Translations under genes and position numbers: made by a program
Notes under the pieces: model-generated
Told to the model about the DNA's origin: nothing
The model's database searches: none
The model's input: only the letters and a program-made list of their open reading frames with translations
Assembly (NCBI GenBank): GCA_038883715.1
Contig: JAVZLS010000008.1
Location: 1 to 61,976 of the forward strand
DNA length: 61,976 bases
DNA from: Candidatus Bathyarchaeia archaeon
Lineage (GTDB): Archaea > Thermoproteota > Bathyarchaeia > Bathyarchaeales > Bathycorpusculaceae
Direction of reading: 5' to 3'
Shown here: positions 48,423 to 59,188 of the stretch, in pieces
Layout: each line of letters opens with the position of its first letter
How positions within the stretch are numbered: the stretch's first letter is position 1

Positions 48423-50615
48423 TTGTCTAGTCAGCATCAGCGCCTGCGGGGAATCCGCGTTTTGAAGGCAGTTTCTTCAACTGTTAGGCTTAACATCCTA
48501 AGCGCTCTTTTCGACCATGGTCCACTTTCCTATACCGAACTTATGAGCCTTTTAAAAATGAACCCAAGTAGGGATGCTGGGCGCTTCGCCTATCACCTCA
48601 AATTTTTGCTTAAGGCGGATTTGATTGAGGCTGATGTGGAGTCTAAAAAGTATCGCCTAACAGATTTGGGAAAGATGGTTATCGACGTGGCTGAGGAAAT
48701 TGAGAAGCGAAGTTTAAGAGCCCAAAGAATCCTTGTGAGAACGTCCCGCTTCACCCTAGAAGAGTTCGATGCCACAAAAATTGCAAATTCTCTCATTAAG
48801 GAGGCTGGAATGCCCCCAGAACTCGCCCAGAAAATCGCGAAAGAGGCTGAAAAACGCCTTTTAAAGGCTAGGACCCGCTACTTAACGGCTCCGCTGATAA
48901 GAGAGGTTGTTAACGGAATCCTCATTGAAAGGGGGCTGGAGGAGCACCGCCACAAACTCACCCGTCTTGGGTTGCCAGTGCATGACGTTTCAGCCTACCT
49001 CATGAGGGGCAAAGCCACTGTCGATGCGTCTTCCATCTGCGAAGATTTTGGGAGAAATGTCCTTGAAGAGTACACGCTTTTAAGTGTGCTGCCAAGGGAC
49101 ATTGCAGACGCATACTTATCGGGTGAGATTCACCTTCACGGCTTAGGCTACTGGATTTTAAAGCCACACGAAATAATCCATGACTTAAGATTCTTCATGA
49201 AAAACGGCTTAAACCCAAACCCCGCAAACACTTTTCAACCATCCATAAAGCCACCGAAAAGTTTTGAATCCGCCCTAAACCTAACCCTCAACATTCTTCT
49301 GCAAACATCAAAGGAAACCGATGGAACACAAGTGCTTGAATACTTTAACATCTTTTTGGCCCCCTTACTGAAAGGCTTGGAAAAAGCTGCAGTCAAAGAG
49401 GCTTTGAGGCTCTTCATCATCAGCGCCAGCCACTACGTTGACGCCTCCATAAATCTCGAGTTGACAATTCCAGAGTTTTTGGCGGATAAGCCCGCCATAG
49501 GCTCGGCAGATGGCTGTTATGGCGACTATCTCAGCGAAAGCCAGCTTTTAGCCTCTCTGGTACTTGAAGTTTACGAGGAAGAAAGCGCTGAAAAGCCGCT
49601 TCTAAACCCAAAACTCATAGTTAAAATTCGCCCGGAAACTTTCAGTGACAGCGTGGCGGCGGACATTCTGTTAAGGGCACATCGCCTAGCCTCAGAGAGG
49701 GGCATCCCATACTTCGCAAACCTTTCGGGCAAAAATGGACAATACACGGTTTTCTCTCCTTCAGGAAGCGTTCTCAAAGCAGATTTCAAAGAAGACTGGG
49801 AACTTGATACACTGCGCACAGGCGTTTTGGGAATCGCAACCGTTAACTTGCCCAGAATAGTCCTCGAATGCGGCAAAGACGAAAGAAAACTTTTCACGCT
49901 TTTAAGAGAGAAGCTTGAAATGGCAGCACGAGCCCTAGAAATAAAGAACAGAGCCCTAAAACAGCGAGGAAGAAACTTTCTTCCCTTTTTGACACAATCA
50001 GCCAACGGCGACCAATACTTCAGAGTCGAAAATGCTGCACGCTTAATAAATATGGTTGGACTGAAAGAGGCTTCAGAAACCCCAAGCGGAAAAAGCTTAT
50101 ACGAAGACGAGAAAGCCCAAAGGTTCGCATCCGAAATAATAAAAAACGTTTTAGAATTCATGCCAAAAAGTGGAAAACGCGAAAGAAGACTTCTTCCATC
50201 CGCTTTGCCGTGCGCCGACGCCTCAGAAAGGTTGGCAAAACAAGACATTGAAAGATTCGGCATTGCAAAGGTTCGCTTCCAAGGAACAAGGGAAAAACCC
50301 CACTACTCATCATACAGTCGAATAAACCTCCAAAGCTGGGAGACGCAATCAAAAATTTTAGCTATTGAAAAAGGACTTTATAAGCCGCTTGTCGGCGGAA
50401 ACCTAACAGTTTTGGAGCTTGGAGAGGCCGAATACGCTTCAGAAACGCTTCTCTCATTTACCAAAAAGCTTGTTGAAGAATATAAGCTAATATTTTTTAC
50501 TTACAATCGCAACTTAACCTACTGCAGCCAATGCCGCAAAAGCTGGTTCAGAAAACTACAAAAATGTCCTATATGCGGTTCTATGAGCACGTTAACAACT
50601 TTACCGCGTTTCTAA
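48423..50615 (+). CDS. ArsR-like winged-HTH + ATP-cone + class III RNR (NrdD)-fold protein lacking catalytic motifs
   Basis: N-terminal VRLNIL..GPLSYTELM..FAYHLKFL..YRLTDLG wHTH; VRTSR..EEFD..KIANSL ATP-cone; NrdD-like core (TRLGLPV, GEIHLH, DTLRTG, TVNLPR) and C-terminal CSQC..CPICG; no R(I/V)xGY motif. Confidence 0.85.
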   Translation: MSSQHQRLRGIRVLKAVSSTVRLNILSALFDHGPLSYTELMSLLKMNPSRDAGRFAYHLKFLLKADLIEADVESKKYRLTDLGKMVIDVAEEIEKRSLRAQRILVRTSRFTLEEFDATKIANSLIKEAGMPPELAQKIAKEAEKRLLKARTRYLTAPLIREVVNGILIERGLEEHRHKLTRLGLPVHDVSAYLMRGKATVDASSICEDFGRNVLEEYTLLSVLPRDIADAYLSGEIHLHGLGYWILKPHEIIHDLRFFMKNGLNPNPANTFQPSIKPPKSFESALNLTLNILLQTSKETDGTQVLEYFNIFLAPLLKGLEKAAVKEALRLFIISASHYVDASINLELTIPEFLADKPAIGSADGCYGDYLSESQLLASLVLEVYEEESAEKPLLNPKLIVKIRPETFSDSVAADILLRAHRLASERGIPYFANLSGKNGQYTVFSPSGSVLKADFKEDWELDTLRTGVLGIATVNLPRIVLECGKDERKLFTLLREKLEMAARALEIKNRALKQRGRNFLPFLTQSANGDQYFRVENAARLINMVGLKEASETPSGKSLYEDEKAQRFASEIIKNVLEFMPKSGKRERRLLPSALPCADASERLAKQDIERFGIAKVRFQGTREKPHYSSYSRINLQSWETQSKILAIEKGLYKPLVGGNLTVLELGEAEYASETLLSFTKKLVEEYKLIFFTYNRNLTYCSQCRKSWFRKLQKCPICGSMSTLTTLPRF

Positions 50616-51367
50616 AGCATTTTCTCCAAATACTCAATATTCCTCTGAATTTCGTCTTTTCCGCATATGTTTCCATGTCCGGGAACTATCTTCTTTATTT
50701 CTAGCTCTTGAAGTTTCTGTAGGCTTTTAATCCACTGCTTCCATTCCTTTGGACCGCCAAACCTTGTAGTCGGCGGCATTCCAGCATAAAGCGTGTCTCC
50801 TACAAATAATACTTTTGAAACTTTGTGGTATACTGAAATCTCTCCGGGAACATGCCCAGGTGTATATAGTAATTCAATTTCATCTTCCTCATCTAATTTC
50901 AGAGTGAAATCTTCATCAAAAATAATGTCAGGTAACGCTAACTTAACATTTCCGAGAGTTTCCTCGATTTGTTTTACATCTTGACCTTTTGTTTTAGCAA
51001 TCTTTTTGACGATAAAGTCCTTATAGGTATCTATAACCCGCCTAAAGGTTGGCAATGTTCTGTGAAGTAAAAATTGACGCACCCATCTGTGTGCAATAAC
51101 TTTCGCGCCAGCTCCTTTAATAGCACCCATTCCAAATAAGTGATCAGAATGATTATGTGTAAGAACGAGCCATATTTCTTTGGGCTTTTTTCCAAGCTTC
51201 TCTGTTGCAGCTCTTAAAAGATATTCGCCATCCATGGCTGTCATTCCTGCATCAATGTGAACTATGAAATTTTTTGTTGTTATAAAACCTGCATTTACGC
51301 TGGCAATGGGATGGTAAAGGTTAGTGACAGCGTAGACTCCTTTGTCAAGAGTATGAATCTCATTCAT
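50612..51367 (-). CDS. MBL-fold metallo-hydrolase
   Basis: THNHSDH; TPGH; FVGD; VPGHG; AT-rich. Confidence 0.9.
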   Translation of the reverse strand: MNEIHTLDKGVYAVTNLYHPIASVNAGFITTKNFIVHIDAGMTAMDGEYLLRAATEKLGKKPKEIWLVLTHNHSDHLFGMGAIKGAGAKVIAHRWVRQFLLHRTLPTFRRVIDTYKDFIVKKIAKTKGQDVKQIEETLGNVKLALPDIIFDEDFTLKLDEEDEIELLYTPGHVPGEISVYHKVSKVLFVGDTLYAGMPPTTRFGGPKEWKQWIKSLQKLQELEIKKIVPGHGNICGKDEIQRNIEYLEKML

Positions 51368-51463
51368 TCAATCACAAATAGCGAATTGTGCGTCCGCGTC
51401 AATTAAACTTTTTCATAGTACCTTTAATGTCTCTTAGTTTATGTAATGTTTGTGAAAACTAAC

Positions 51464-52396
<933 letters not shown>

Positions 52397-52579
52397 TTAG
52401 ACAAGCAACAGGTTCTGCTTAAATAACTTTTTATCCACGTTTCGCAAGACAGAAAACTAGAGGGGGCTATCAAATTTAATGGTTCACACACTGTTAAAAT
52501 TAACTGAAAATGCCTTCTAAGCGATTAAAACCTTTTATCTCTGCGCCGACAATACCGTTTTAAGCGGTGGCTAAGCCTT

Positions 52580-53050
52580 ATGAGCGAAAGCGAAACAATG
52601 CTTTATGTTTCAAAAATTAAGGATGGAACCGTTATAGACCACATCACTGGCGGTCACGCCTTAGACGTCATCAAGATTTTGGGGATAACGGGCAAGGAGA
52701 AGCGTATAATCACCATAGCCATCAACGTTCCAAGCAAACGGTTTAAAGTTAAGGACATAGTCAAAATTGAGGGAAGAGAACTAAAACCAGAAGAGGTCCA
52801 TAAAATTGCCCTTCTGGCGCCCCATGCAACCATAAACATCATAAGAAACTATAACGTTGTCGAAAAACAGAGGGTTAAGCTTCCAAGCGTTATTGAAGGC
52901 ATTGTCAAATGTGCAAACCCCGCTTGTATAAGCAACAGCAACGAACCAGTCCAATCCAAATTTTATGTTAGAAATGAGGAACCACTGATCCTGAAGTGCC
53001 ATTATTGTGGCTATATCATGGAGAAAAACGATGTCTTAAAGCAGTTTTAG
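52580..53050 (+). CDS. pyrI: Aspartate carbamoyltransferase regulatory subunit
   Basis: IKDGTVIDHI; KDIVKIE; ATINII; CANPACISN..CHYC. Confidence 0.97.
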   Translation: MSESETMLYVSKIKDGTVIDHITGGHALDVIKILGITGKEKRIITIAINVPSKRFKVKDIVKIEGRELKPEEVHKIALLAPHATINIIRNYNVVEKQRVKLPSVIEGIVKCANPACISNSNEPVQSKFYVRNEEPLILKCHYCGYIMEKNDVLKQF

Positions 53051-53139
53051 CCTTCTAGAACGAGTATCCGGTTTTTGAGATAATGCTTATATCGTAAGAT
53101 GTGCTATTTCGAAAATAGATATGTCAATAAAAAGACATA

Positions 53140-53487
53140 TTGAATATATGTCGAACACAAATACGCATGGGTAAGAAAATGATTGAAATATTTGCCATAA
53201 CATTATGGATAAGCTTCGCAGCATACGCAACATGGTACTTCACATCAGCAAAACATTATGCGCCACTAACGCCAAACGAGGCAAGACTCCTATGGAAAAT
53301 CCACAAACAAACAACCAAATGCAGCTCAAGAAGGTGGCGTGAAATCTGCCGAGGGAGAAAAATAGTGGGTTTCGCCTGTGAATGCGGATATAAGTACACG
53401 CAAAAACGCCCAATAGTGGCAAGCACACCACAGCAAGGTATAACGCAATCTCCAACAGCAATCTATCGAAAACTGCATAAGCATTAA
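53140..53487 (+). CDS. Small TM protein with putative zinc-binding motif
   Basis: N-terminal TM; LWKIHKQTTKC...FACECGY; likely start near 53179. Confidence 0.6.
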   Translation: MNICRTQIRMGKKMIEIFAITLWISFAAYATWYFTSAKHYAPLTPNEARLLWKIHKQTTKCSSRRWREICRGRKIVGFACECGYKYTQKRPIVASTPQQGITQSPTAIYRKLHKH

Positions 53488-53628
53488 TCCTTCAATTTCC
53501 AGTTTACCTATTAAATATCAAATATAAGTTCATATCTCGGAGTTTGATTCCGAATTTTTATCCACATTCTTGACCAAAAATTTTTTCTTTAGTTTAAACA
53601 AACAAACGCTTCCATTTGAGGGATTAGA

Positions 53629-56600
53629 ATGAGAAGAGTCATGAAATTCGTCTCAGCGCTTCTGGTTTTGATGTATGCGATGGCTTCTATAAACTGCTTT
53701 ATATATACTGTTCAAGGAGCGCCAAATGAGATCGCTGGTCTAGGATTGCCAAGAAGCCTTCAAGACTTTCTTGGGGTCAAGTTGCCATATGTAGATCCAG
53801 AATTGATCGGCATTAAAGAGTTGACAAGAGTTATATTGGTGGTTAAAGACTCTGCAGATATTAGCCAAATTGCCGGCTTTATGAAATCGTGCAGGGTGGC
53901 TCCTTCGCTTAGTGGCATACGCCTCGTTCTAGGAGTGGTTGACCCAGAAAACATGGAGTCTTTAGCGATGAATGCCTATACTTTAGCAATTTTAAAGGAC
54001 AGGGAGGTAAGCTTTGTAGGTTCTCCATATGATGCACTGCGGAGTGGAAGCTTTTTAAAGGATATGAAACCGCAGCCCAATGAAACGCCAAATGAACTAC
54101 CTACGGGGGCGCCGTCTCAAAGTGGAAGTATGAGAGAAGTTGTTGAAATAATGAATGCCACAAGCGTTTGGAGTGAGTATGAAGTCACCGGCGATGGTGT
54201 GACAATAGCGATTGTCGACACAGGTGTTGATTATGGTTCTCTTGGTTTAGGTTATTGGGATGTAATGGCGAGAGACGCGTTTGGTTATCCAGCCACCTTT
54301 GACGCTGATGCCATGTGCCTCGTATACACAAATATAACGCTCACGGCGTTTACAAATGCCAGTGGAACGTTCATACCCACAGCAGGACTTGACCCCCTCG
54401 TTTACATAATCGGCTATGTCTATCCTTATGCGGTGCTTCCTTTTTCAGAGCTTTTTGGCGAAGCTTTTCCGTCAGATATGAATGTTACAGGAATCCTGGA
54501 TGAAGGGGATGTGTGCCATTGGGGCGTAATGTTTCAGTGGCTTTTCGGTTTAGACCTATTCCCAGTATTAGTTGTGGACTCAAACACTGATAATATCTAT
54601 GACACCGTGTATGTGGATATCTCCTTTGACTGGTGCTGGATACCACAATGGTACTATCTGTGGTACGGTGGAACTTGGCCATGGTGGTCAGCTTCGTGGC
54701 CCCCAGACTACAGTTTTGCAGATGAAACGCCAATAGATGTCACTAATTCGGTTGGGGCAAGAGACTTTACAGGAGACGGCATTTATGATGTTTCTGTGAG
54801 TTCTTTAGGCTATTTCCTCGATGTTTGGGGCGCATCTCCAAACAATGATGACAGAGGACTTGTTCTTAAACCAATAGACCCAAACGGCAACTATGTATGC
54901 TTCGTCTATGACTTCTATGGGCATGGGACATCATGCGCATCATGCGCCGCTGGAAGAGACCTAGGCCATCCATTTTTCGGCAATGGAATAGCCTACGACG
55001 CAAAAATCATGGGCGTCACTGCATTATACATTGGCGATGTGATAGAAGGCGAACTTTGGGCAGCAGGATTCGACCTTACTCCAGGAACAGAGGGATGGTA
55101 TCCAATCCCCGGCTATGGCTACGCTTATGGCGTTTGGATGTACACAGGCAATCATAAGGCTGACATAATAAGTAACAGCTGGGGCTCATCCGCTTGGGCG
55201 CTGTACAGTTGGATGGAACAAGCGCCATGGTATGACGTCCTAACAATGCTTGAAGACGCCTTAACAATACCCGGATATCTAGATCTAGACTATCCTGGCA
55301 CAATAGTAGTTCATGCCGGCGGGAATGGGGGTGCAGGCTATGGAACCTTCACGGAACCCGGATATTCAACACTTGTAATAAGCGTTGGGGCATCAACATC
55401 TATGAACTGGACTTATTACTCTTTTGGCTTTGCTGGGGGCTATTATGACGAAGTAATTCCTTGGAGCGCTAGGGGCCCAACCGCCTTGGGAACAGTCAAG
55501 CCAGACGTTCTTGGGATTGGTGCTTTCGGATTTGCACCAACAGCCGTATTTCTTGGACTTGGAGACGGATTATACGCCTTCGATCTTTTTGGCGGCACTA
55601 GCATGGCTACGCCAGTTGTAGCTGGGTCTGCAGCCCTTGTTGTACAAGGATTTAGAGAAAACATCGGCTACTCTCCCACGCATGATATTGTCAAGACCGT
55701 CTTAAAATCAACAGCGGTGGACTTGGGTTACGACCCCTTCCTTCAAGGTGCAGGACGCGTGGATTGTTATAGGGCTGTTTCACTGGTCATGGGAGAAGAA
55801 GGAATAACCGTATTCTCAGACGCCACGTGGCAGAACGTCCTAGAAGCAATAAAGCTTGCCGGATGGATAAACTCCTACTTAAGTGGTGGGCTTATACCAT
55901 TGGCTACTCCGCCGCCTATAGCTGATACAAGCTGGTTTGCAGGAACCGTTAAACCGGGAGAAAATACAACTGCTGAATTTGGTGTTTATAACCCGACATC
56001 TGAAGATGTAAGCGTAAGCGTTGCTTCCGTTACCCACAAGCAAATTGGCTCCACCATAGTTTTAGAAGGTTTGACCGGAACAATGCCTGGTGATTGGGCA
56101 TCTTATGGGTGGACTTGGGGGAACATCACAAAGTTAAGCAAAAGCATGATCCCCGAAGATGCAGACTTGATGACTGTATCGCTTGTATACTCCTACGACT
56201 ATTTTGATCCGGATAGAAATTACGCTTGGAATCAGAGATTGGGCATAATGATTCAGGACTGGAATGACACCGACAATGATGGAGAAGTTGACATTGGCGA
56301 GGTTTGGCAGCTAAACTATGGATACAACTATGGAACAACCAACATAGTAACAGTTGGATTTCCATATTCCAAATTCAAAGATACACCAATAATCTTCGTC
56401 TACCAAAGATCAGCCGCAGAGTATAGTAGTATTCCATTTAAACTGTACATAAAATTCTATAAAAGAGTCCCATGGAACTGGATTCAGCTATCCCCAACAG
56501 AGTTTACAGTTCCAGCGGTTAATCAAACGATTTTCAATGCCATGTTAACCGTGCCGCCAGACACTCCGCAAGGAGTCTACGAAGGACAAATCCTCGTCAA

Positions 56601-58278
56601 TTTTAACGGCAAAAGAATTGCTATACCTGTATCCGTTAATGTGCCAGAGGTTGTTCCCAGCCAGCAACTTGTCTATGAGATTACATCTCCTCAATATGAT
56701 GGCCCATATAATCCTTTCACAGTTGAAGGCTACTTCGACTGGGGCTGGAGATACGAAGCTGGAGACTGGAAGAGCTGGCTTTTCACATTCAACGACCCAT
56801 CCACATTAGCAGCCTTCGTCTGTGCCAGCTGGGAAGGGAACATAACGGACGTGGATATGTTCAGCATACACCCAATAGGCATAATTGTAGACGGCACTGG
56901 CAATTATTGGCTGAGGAACGGTATATTCCAGTGGCACACCAGAACAAACTCAACAGAAGAGCGCGTTTTCATGTACACTGGCCTGATTCCCGATGCTCCA
57001 CCTATGCCAAACGTTTACACGGTTCTATTGCACAACGTCTTATTTGATGGCTCAACATTCCCAGAACAACTGAACTGCACCATCAGAATGATTAAGGTAA
57101 ACCCAGCGCCAATGATAAAGCTCATAGTGCCGGCTGGCGAGTCAAAGCACATAACATTCACTTTGTCCACAGGAATCAAACTTACAAACGTGTTTTTCAT
57201 GCCAGCAGGCCTAATAGAGGTTGAGCCAACCAGTGTGGAGGAAATTCCTGAAATGGGTTCTCAAACAATTAATGCCACAGTGGAAGTGCCTGCATACATG
57301 CCTCCAGATAGATATCTGACAGCCATTTATGTTATAGCATCAGAACTCCCAATGCCAATTCCAATATACATAGAAATCGACGTCCCAACCGTTGAAAGGC
57401 TAGATATACGCGTGGATGCCGGCGAAATTCATTTCTCAGGCGAGGTCGCTGACGTTTATGTACAAATTTCCCGTCAAGGAGTTCCATTTAATCTAACAGA
57501 ATCAATCCAATTGAAATTATGGTGCAGAAACGCTGCCGGAACATACCAGCAAACAAGCATATACGCGCAATTGCTAGATTCGGGGCTGTATGTGGCTGAA
57601 TTTGAGGTTCCAGTGGGAGCCACTTCATGTTGCCTAATAGTTTCCATCGACCAATATTTCGAGGACATAAACACCTTATATAGAGGAACATCCATGGACA
57701 GCTTCTCCCTAAGCCCCACATTAAACGGGTGGAACGCTTACCTACAAAGCATAAGCGGCGACATAGCTACCATAAGAACTGATATAGGAACAATAAATGT
57801 CAAGCTCAGCTCGATAAACGCTACTTTGACAGGGCTTATCATTAATAGTAAGGGAGAAATATTGGCCAACATAGCTACTGCTTTAGGCACCATTAGGACA
57901 GATTTGCAAGCAATTAACGCCACTTTAAGAAGCATCAACGGGACAACTGTTGAAATACAGACAACGCTTGGCAACGTTGCAACATCAATAAACAATATTG
58001 GTTTGAAGGCTCAACTCATCGAGGGCAATGTAACTATAATCAGAACCAGTCTAGGAGAAATAAAAGGCGTAATTGAAACAGTTGAGGATGGAGTAGCCAC
58101 CATTAAAACCGACATTGGAACCCTTAAAGTCAGCGTAAACGAAATTGAAGGCTACACAGAAAACATCCCGCAAACAACCTCTCAAAATCTCATGGTAACA
58201 TACATTGCGACAGTGTTGGCACTTATCGCAGCGGCATGTTCAGCAGCCATCCTAATCAAACTAAGAAAGAGAGCCTAA
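53629..58278 (+). CDS. Large cell-surface S8 subtilase with C-terminal repeat stalk and TM anchor
   Basis: Signal peptide; triad IVDTG / GHGTSCA / GTSMATP; SNSWG; VKPDV; QGAGRVD; C-terminal I.T.IG.I repeats, TM, KLRKRA. Confidence 0.93.
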   Translation: MRRVMKFVSALLVLMYAMASINCFIYTVQGAPNEIAGLGLPRSLQDFLGVKLPYVDPELIGIKELTRVILVVKDSADISQIAGFMKSCRVAPSLSGIRLVLGVVDPENMESLAMNAYTLAILKDREVSFVGSPYDALRSGSFLKDMKPQPNETPNELPTGAPSQSGSMREVVEIMNATSVWSEYEVTGDGVTIAIVDTGVDYGSLGLGYWDVMARDAFGYPATFDADAMCLVYTNITLTAFTNASGTFIPTAGLDPLVYIIGYVYPYAVLPFSELFGEAFPSDMNVTGILDEGDVCHWGVMFQWLFGLDLFPVLVVDSNTDNIYDTVYVDISFDWCWIPQWYYLWYGGTWPWWSASWPPDYSFADETPIDVTNSVGARDFTGDGIYDVSVSSLGYFLDVWGASPNNDDRGLVLKPIDPNGNYVCFVYDFYGHGTSCASCAAGRDLGHPFFGNGIAYDAKIMGVTALYIGDVIEGELWAAGFDLTPGTEGWYPIPGYGYAYGVWMYTGNHKADIISNSWGSSAWALYSWMEQAPWYDVLTMLEDALTIPGYLDLDYPGTIVVHAGGNGGAGYGTFTEPGYSTLVISVGASTSMNWTYYSFGFAGGYYDEVIPWSARGPTALGTVKPDVLGIGAFGFAPTAVFLGLGDGLYAFDLFGGTSMATPVVAGSAALVVQGFRENIGYSPTHDIVKTVLKSTAVDLGYDPFLQGAGRVDCYRAVSLVMGEEGITVFSDATWQNVLEAIKLAGWINSYLSGGLIPLATPPPIADTSWFAGTVKPGENTTAEFGVYNPTSEDVSVSVASVTHKQIGSTIVLEGLTGTMPGDWASYGWTWGNITKLSKSMIPEDADLMTVSLVYSYDYFDPDRNYAWNQRLGIMIQDWNDTDNDGEVDIGEVWQLNYGYNYGTTNIVTVGFPYSKFKDTPIIFVYQRSAAEYSSIPFKLYIKFYKRVPWNWIQLSPTEFTVPAVNQTIFNAMLTVPPDTPQGVYEGQILVNFNGKRIAIPVSVNVPEVVPSQQLVYEITSPQYDGPYNPFTVEGYFDWGWRYEAGDWKSWLFTFNDPSTLAAFVCASWEGNITDVDMFSIHPIGIIVDGTGNYWLRNGIFQWHTRTNSTEERVFMYTGLIPDAPPMPNVYTVLLHNVLFDGSTFPEQLNCTIRMIKVNPAPMIKLIVPAGESKHITFTLSTGIKLTNVFFMPAGLIEVEPTSVEEIPEMGSQTINATVEVPAYMPPDRYLTAIYVIASELPMPIPIYIEIDVPTVERLDIRVDAGEIHFSGEVADVYVQISRQGVPFNLTESIQLKLWCRNAAGTYQQTSIYAQLLDSGLYVAEFEVPVGATSCCLIVSIDQYFEDINTLYRGTSMDSFSLSPTLNGWNAYLQSISGDIATIRTDIGTINVKLSSINATLTGLIINSKGEILANIATALGTIRTDLQAINATLRSINGTTVEIQTTLGNVATSINNIGLKAQLIEGNVTIIRTSLGEIKGVIETVEDGVATIKTDIGTLKVSVNEIEGYTENIPQTTSQNLMVTYIATVLALIAAACSAAILIKLRKRA

Positions 58279-58286
58279 AATTTAAC

Positions 58287-58313
58287 CGCTCCCCCACCCT
58301 CCCTTTTATTTTT
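58287..58313 (+). terminator. Putative pyrimidine/oligo-T terminator after the S8 gene
   Basis: C-rich run then CTTTTATTTTT immediately after the stop codon. Confidence 0.4.
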
Positions 58314-58391
58314 CAGAAAACATTTATCCAAAAGAGCTTAAACATAACTGAGAGGACATATGTTGAGAATAAAATTTGAAACTTTGAAACT

Positions 58392-58685
58392 TTGTTTAGG
58401 CTTTTCGAAGAGAAGGCTTCTGAAAAGCATCCGGTTTTTCAAGCCGCAAAAATAGCAGAAGAAGTCGGAGAGGCAATAAACCTAGTTTTTAAGTTGGCGG
58501 GTTTCAGAAGGGAGAGCTACGATGTTGAAGAGATAAAGAGGAAGCTTGGTGACGAGTTAGCGGATGTTATGATAACCACCTATGTCTGTGCCAGGATATG
58601 CCAAGTTGATTTGTGGGAAGCCTTAGAAAGAAAATTGGATATGGAAATAGAAAGGTGGCAAATGTTCGAAGCCGCACCTAAATAA
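58392..58685 (+). CDS. MazG-like NTP pyrophosphohydrolase
   Basis: KIAEEVGE...LGDELADV (EExxE..ExxD). Confidence 0.85.
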   Translation: MFRLFEEKASEKHPVFQAAKIAEEVGEAINLVFKLAGFRRESYDVEEIKRKLGDELADVMITTYVCARICQVDLWEALERKLDMEIERWQMFEAAPK

Positions 58686-59154
58686 TATTTTCTTTTTTAT
58701 GCTTGTTTTCCTTTTCCAATATGGATTCAAGCTCCTTTCTCCTCCCTCCAAACGTTAGTCCGCTTTTGCTTAGTCTTTCCCAAGTGTCTAAAGCTTGTTT
58801 AGTGTAAATAGCCTCCTTTTCGTCATAGTGCTTTTGGCATGGAAACTCCCCGCATATAAAACAACACTCAACCTTTTTTGTTTGGACACATTCCCAGAAT
58901 GTGCAACCCTTTCCGTCTTCTCTGCTTAACTTTAACATTTTGTTGGCCCAGTTACAGCCATGACACCGGTACTCTACGCGCTTGAAAACCTTGCAGAAAC
59001 CGCAGCAAATTCCGCAAGCTCCAATTTCTTGGCTTATAACACTTGATTTCTCATCCATTGTTTTATGCCCAAACATCTTTTTAGTATAGCCAAAATTTAG
59101 TTTTGCCGCTTCTAGTTTGTGCGTCTCTTTCTGTCTGTGCAGTTCTTTTTCCAT
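58678..59154 (-). CDS. DUF3795-like Cys-rich protein
   Basis: GACGICCGFC; CHGC; CTFWEC; CFICGEFPC; likely start MDEKSS near 59055. Confidence 0.8.
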   Translation of the reverse strand: MEKELHRQKETHKLEAAKLNFGYTKKMFGHKTMDEKSSVISQEIGACGICCGFCKVFKRVEYRCHGCNWANKMLKLSREDGKGCTFWECVQTKKVECCFICGEFPCQKHYDEKEAIYTKQALDTWERLSKSGLTFGGRRKELESILEKENKHKKENII

Positions 59155-59188
59155 TTAATCCCTAGGCGTTTTTGAATGGGTCGCCCTA

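Noticed and set aside
49571-50263. 230-aa minus-strand ORF inside the NrdD-like gene
   Set aside because: In-register antisense shadow, Ser/Phe/Leu-rich.
48423-50615. Annotation as a functional anaerobic ribonucleotide reductase (nrdD)
   Set aside because: No glycyl-radical motif or finger-loop Cys; no RxxGY seen in other frames just after the stop; no adjacent activase.
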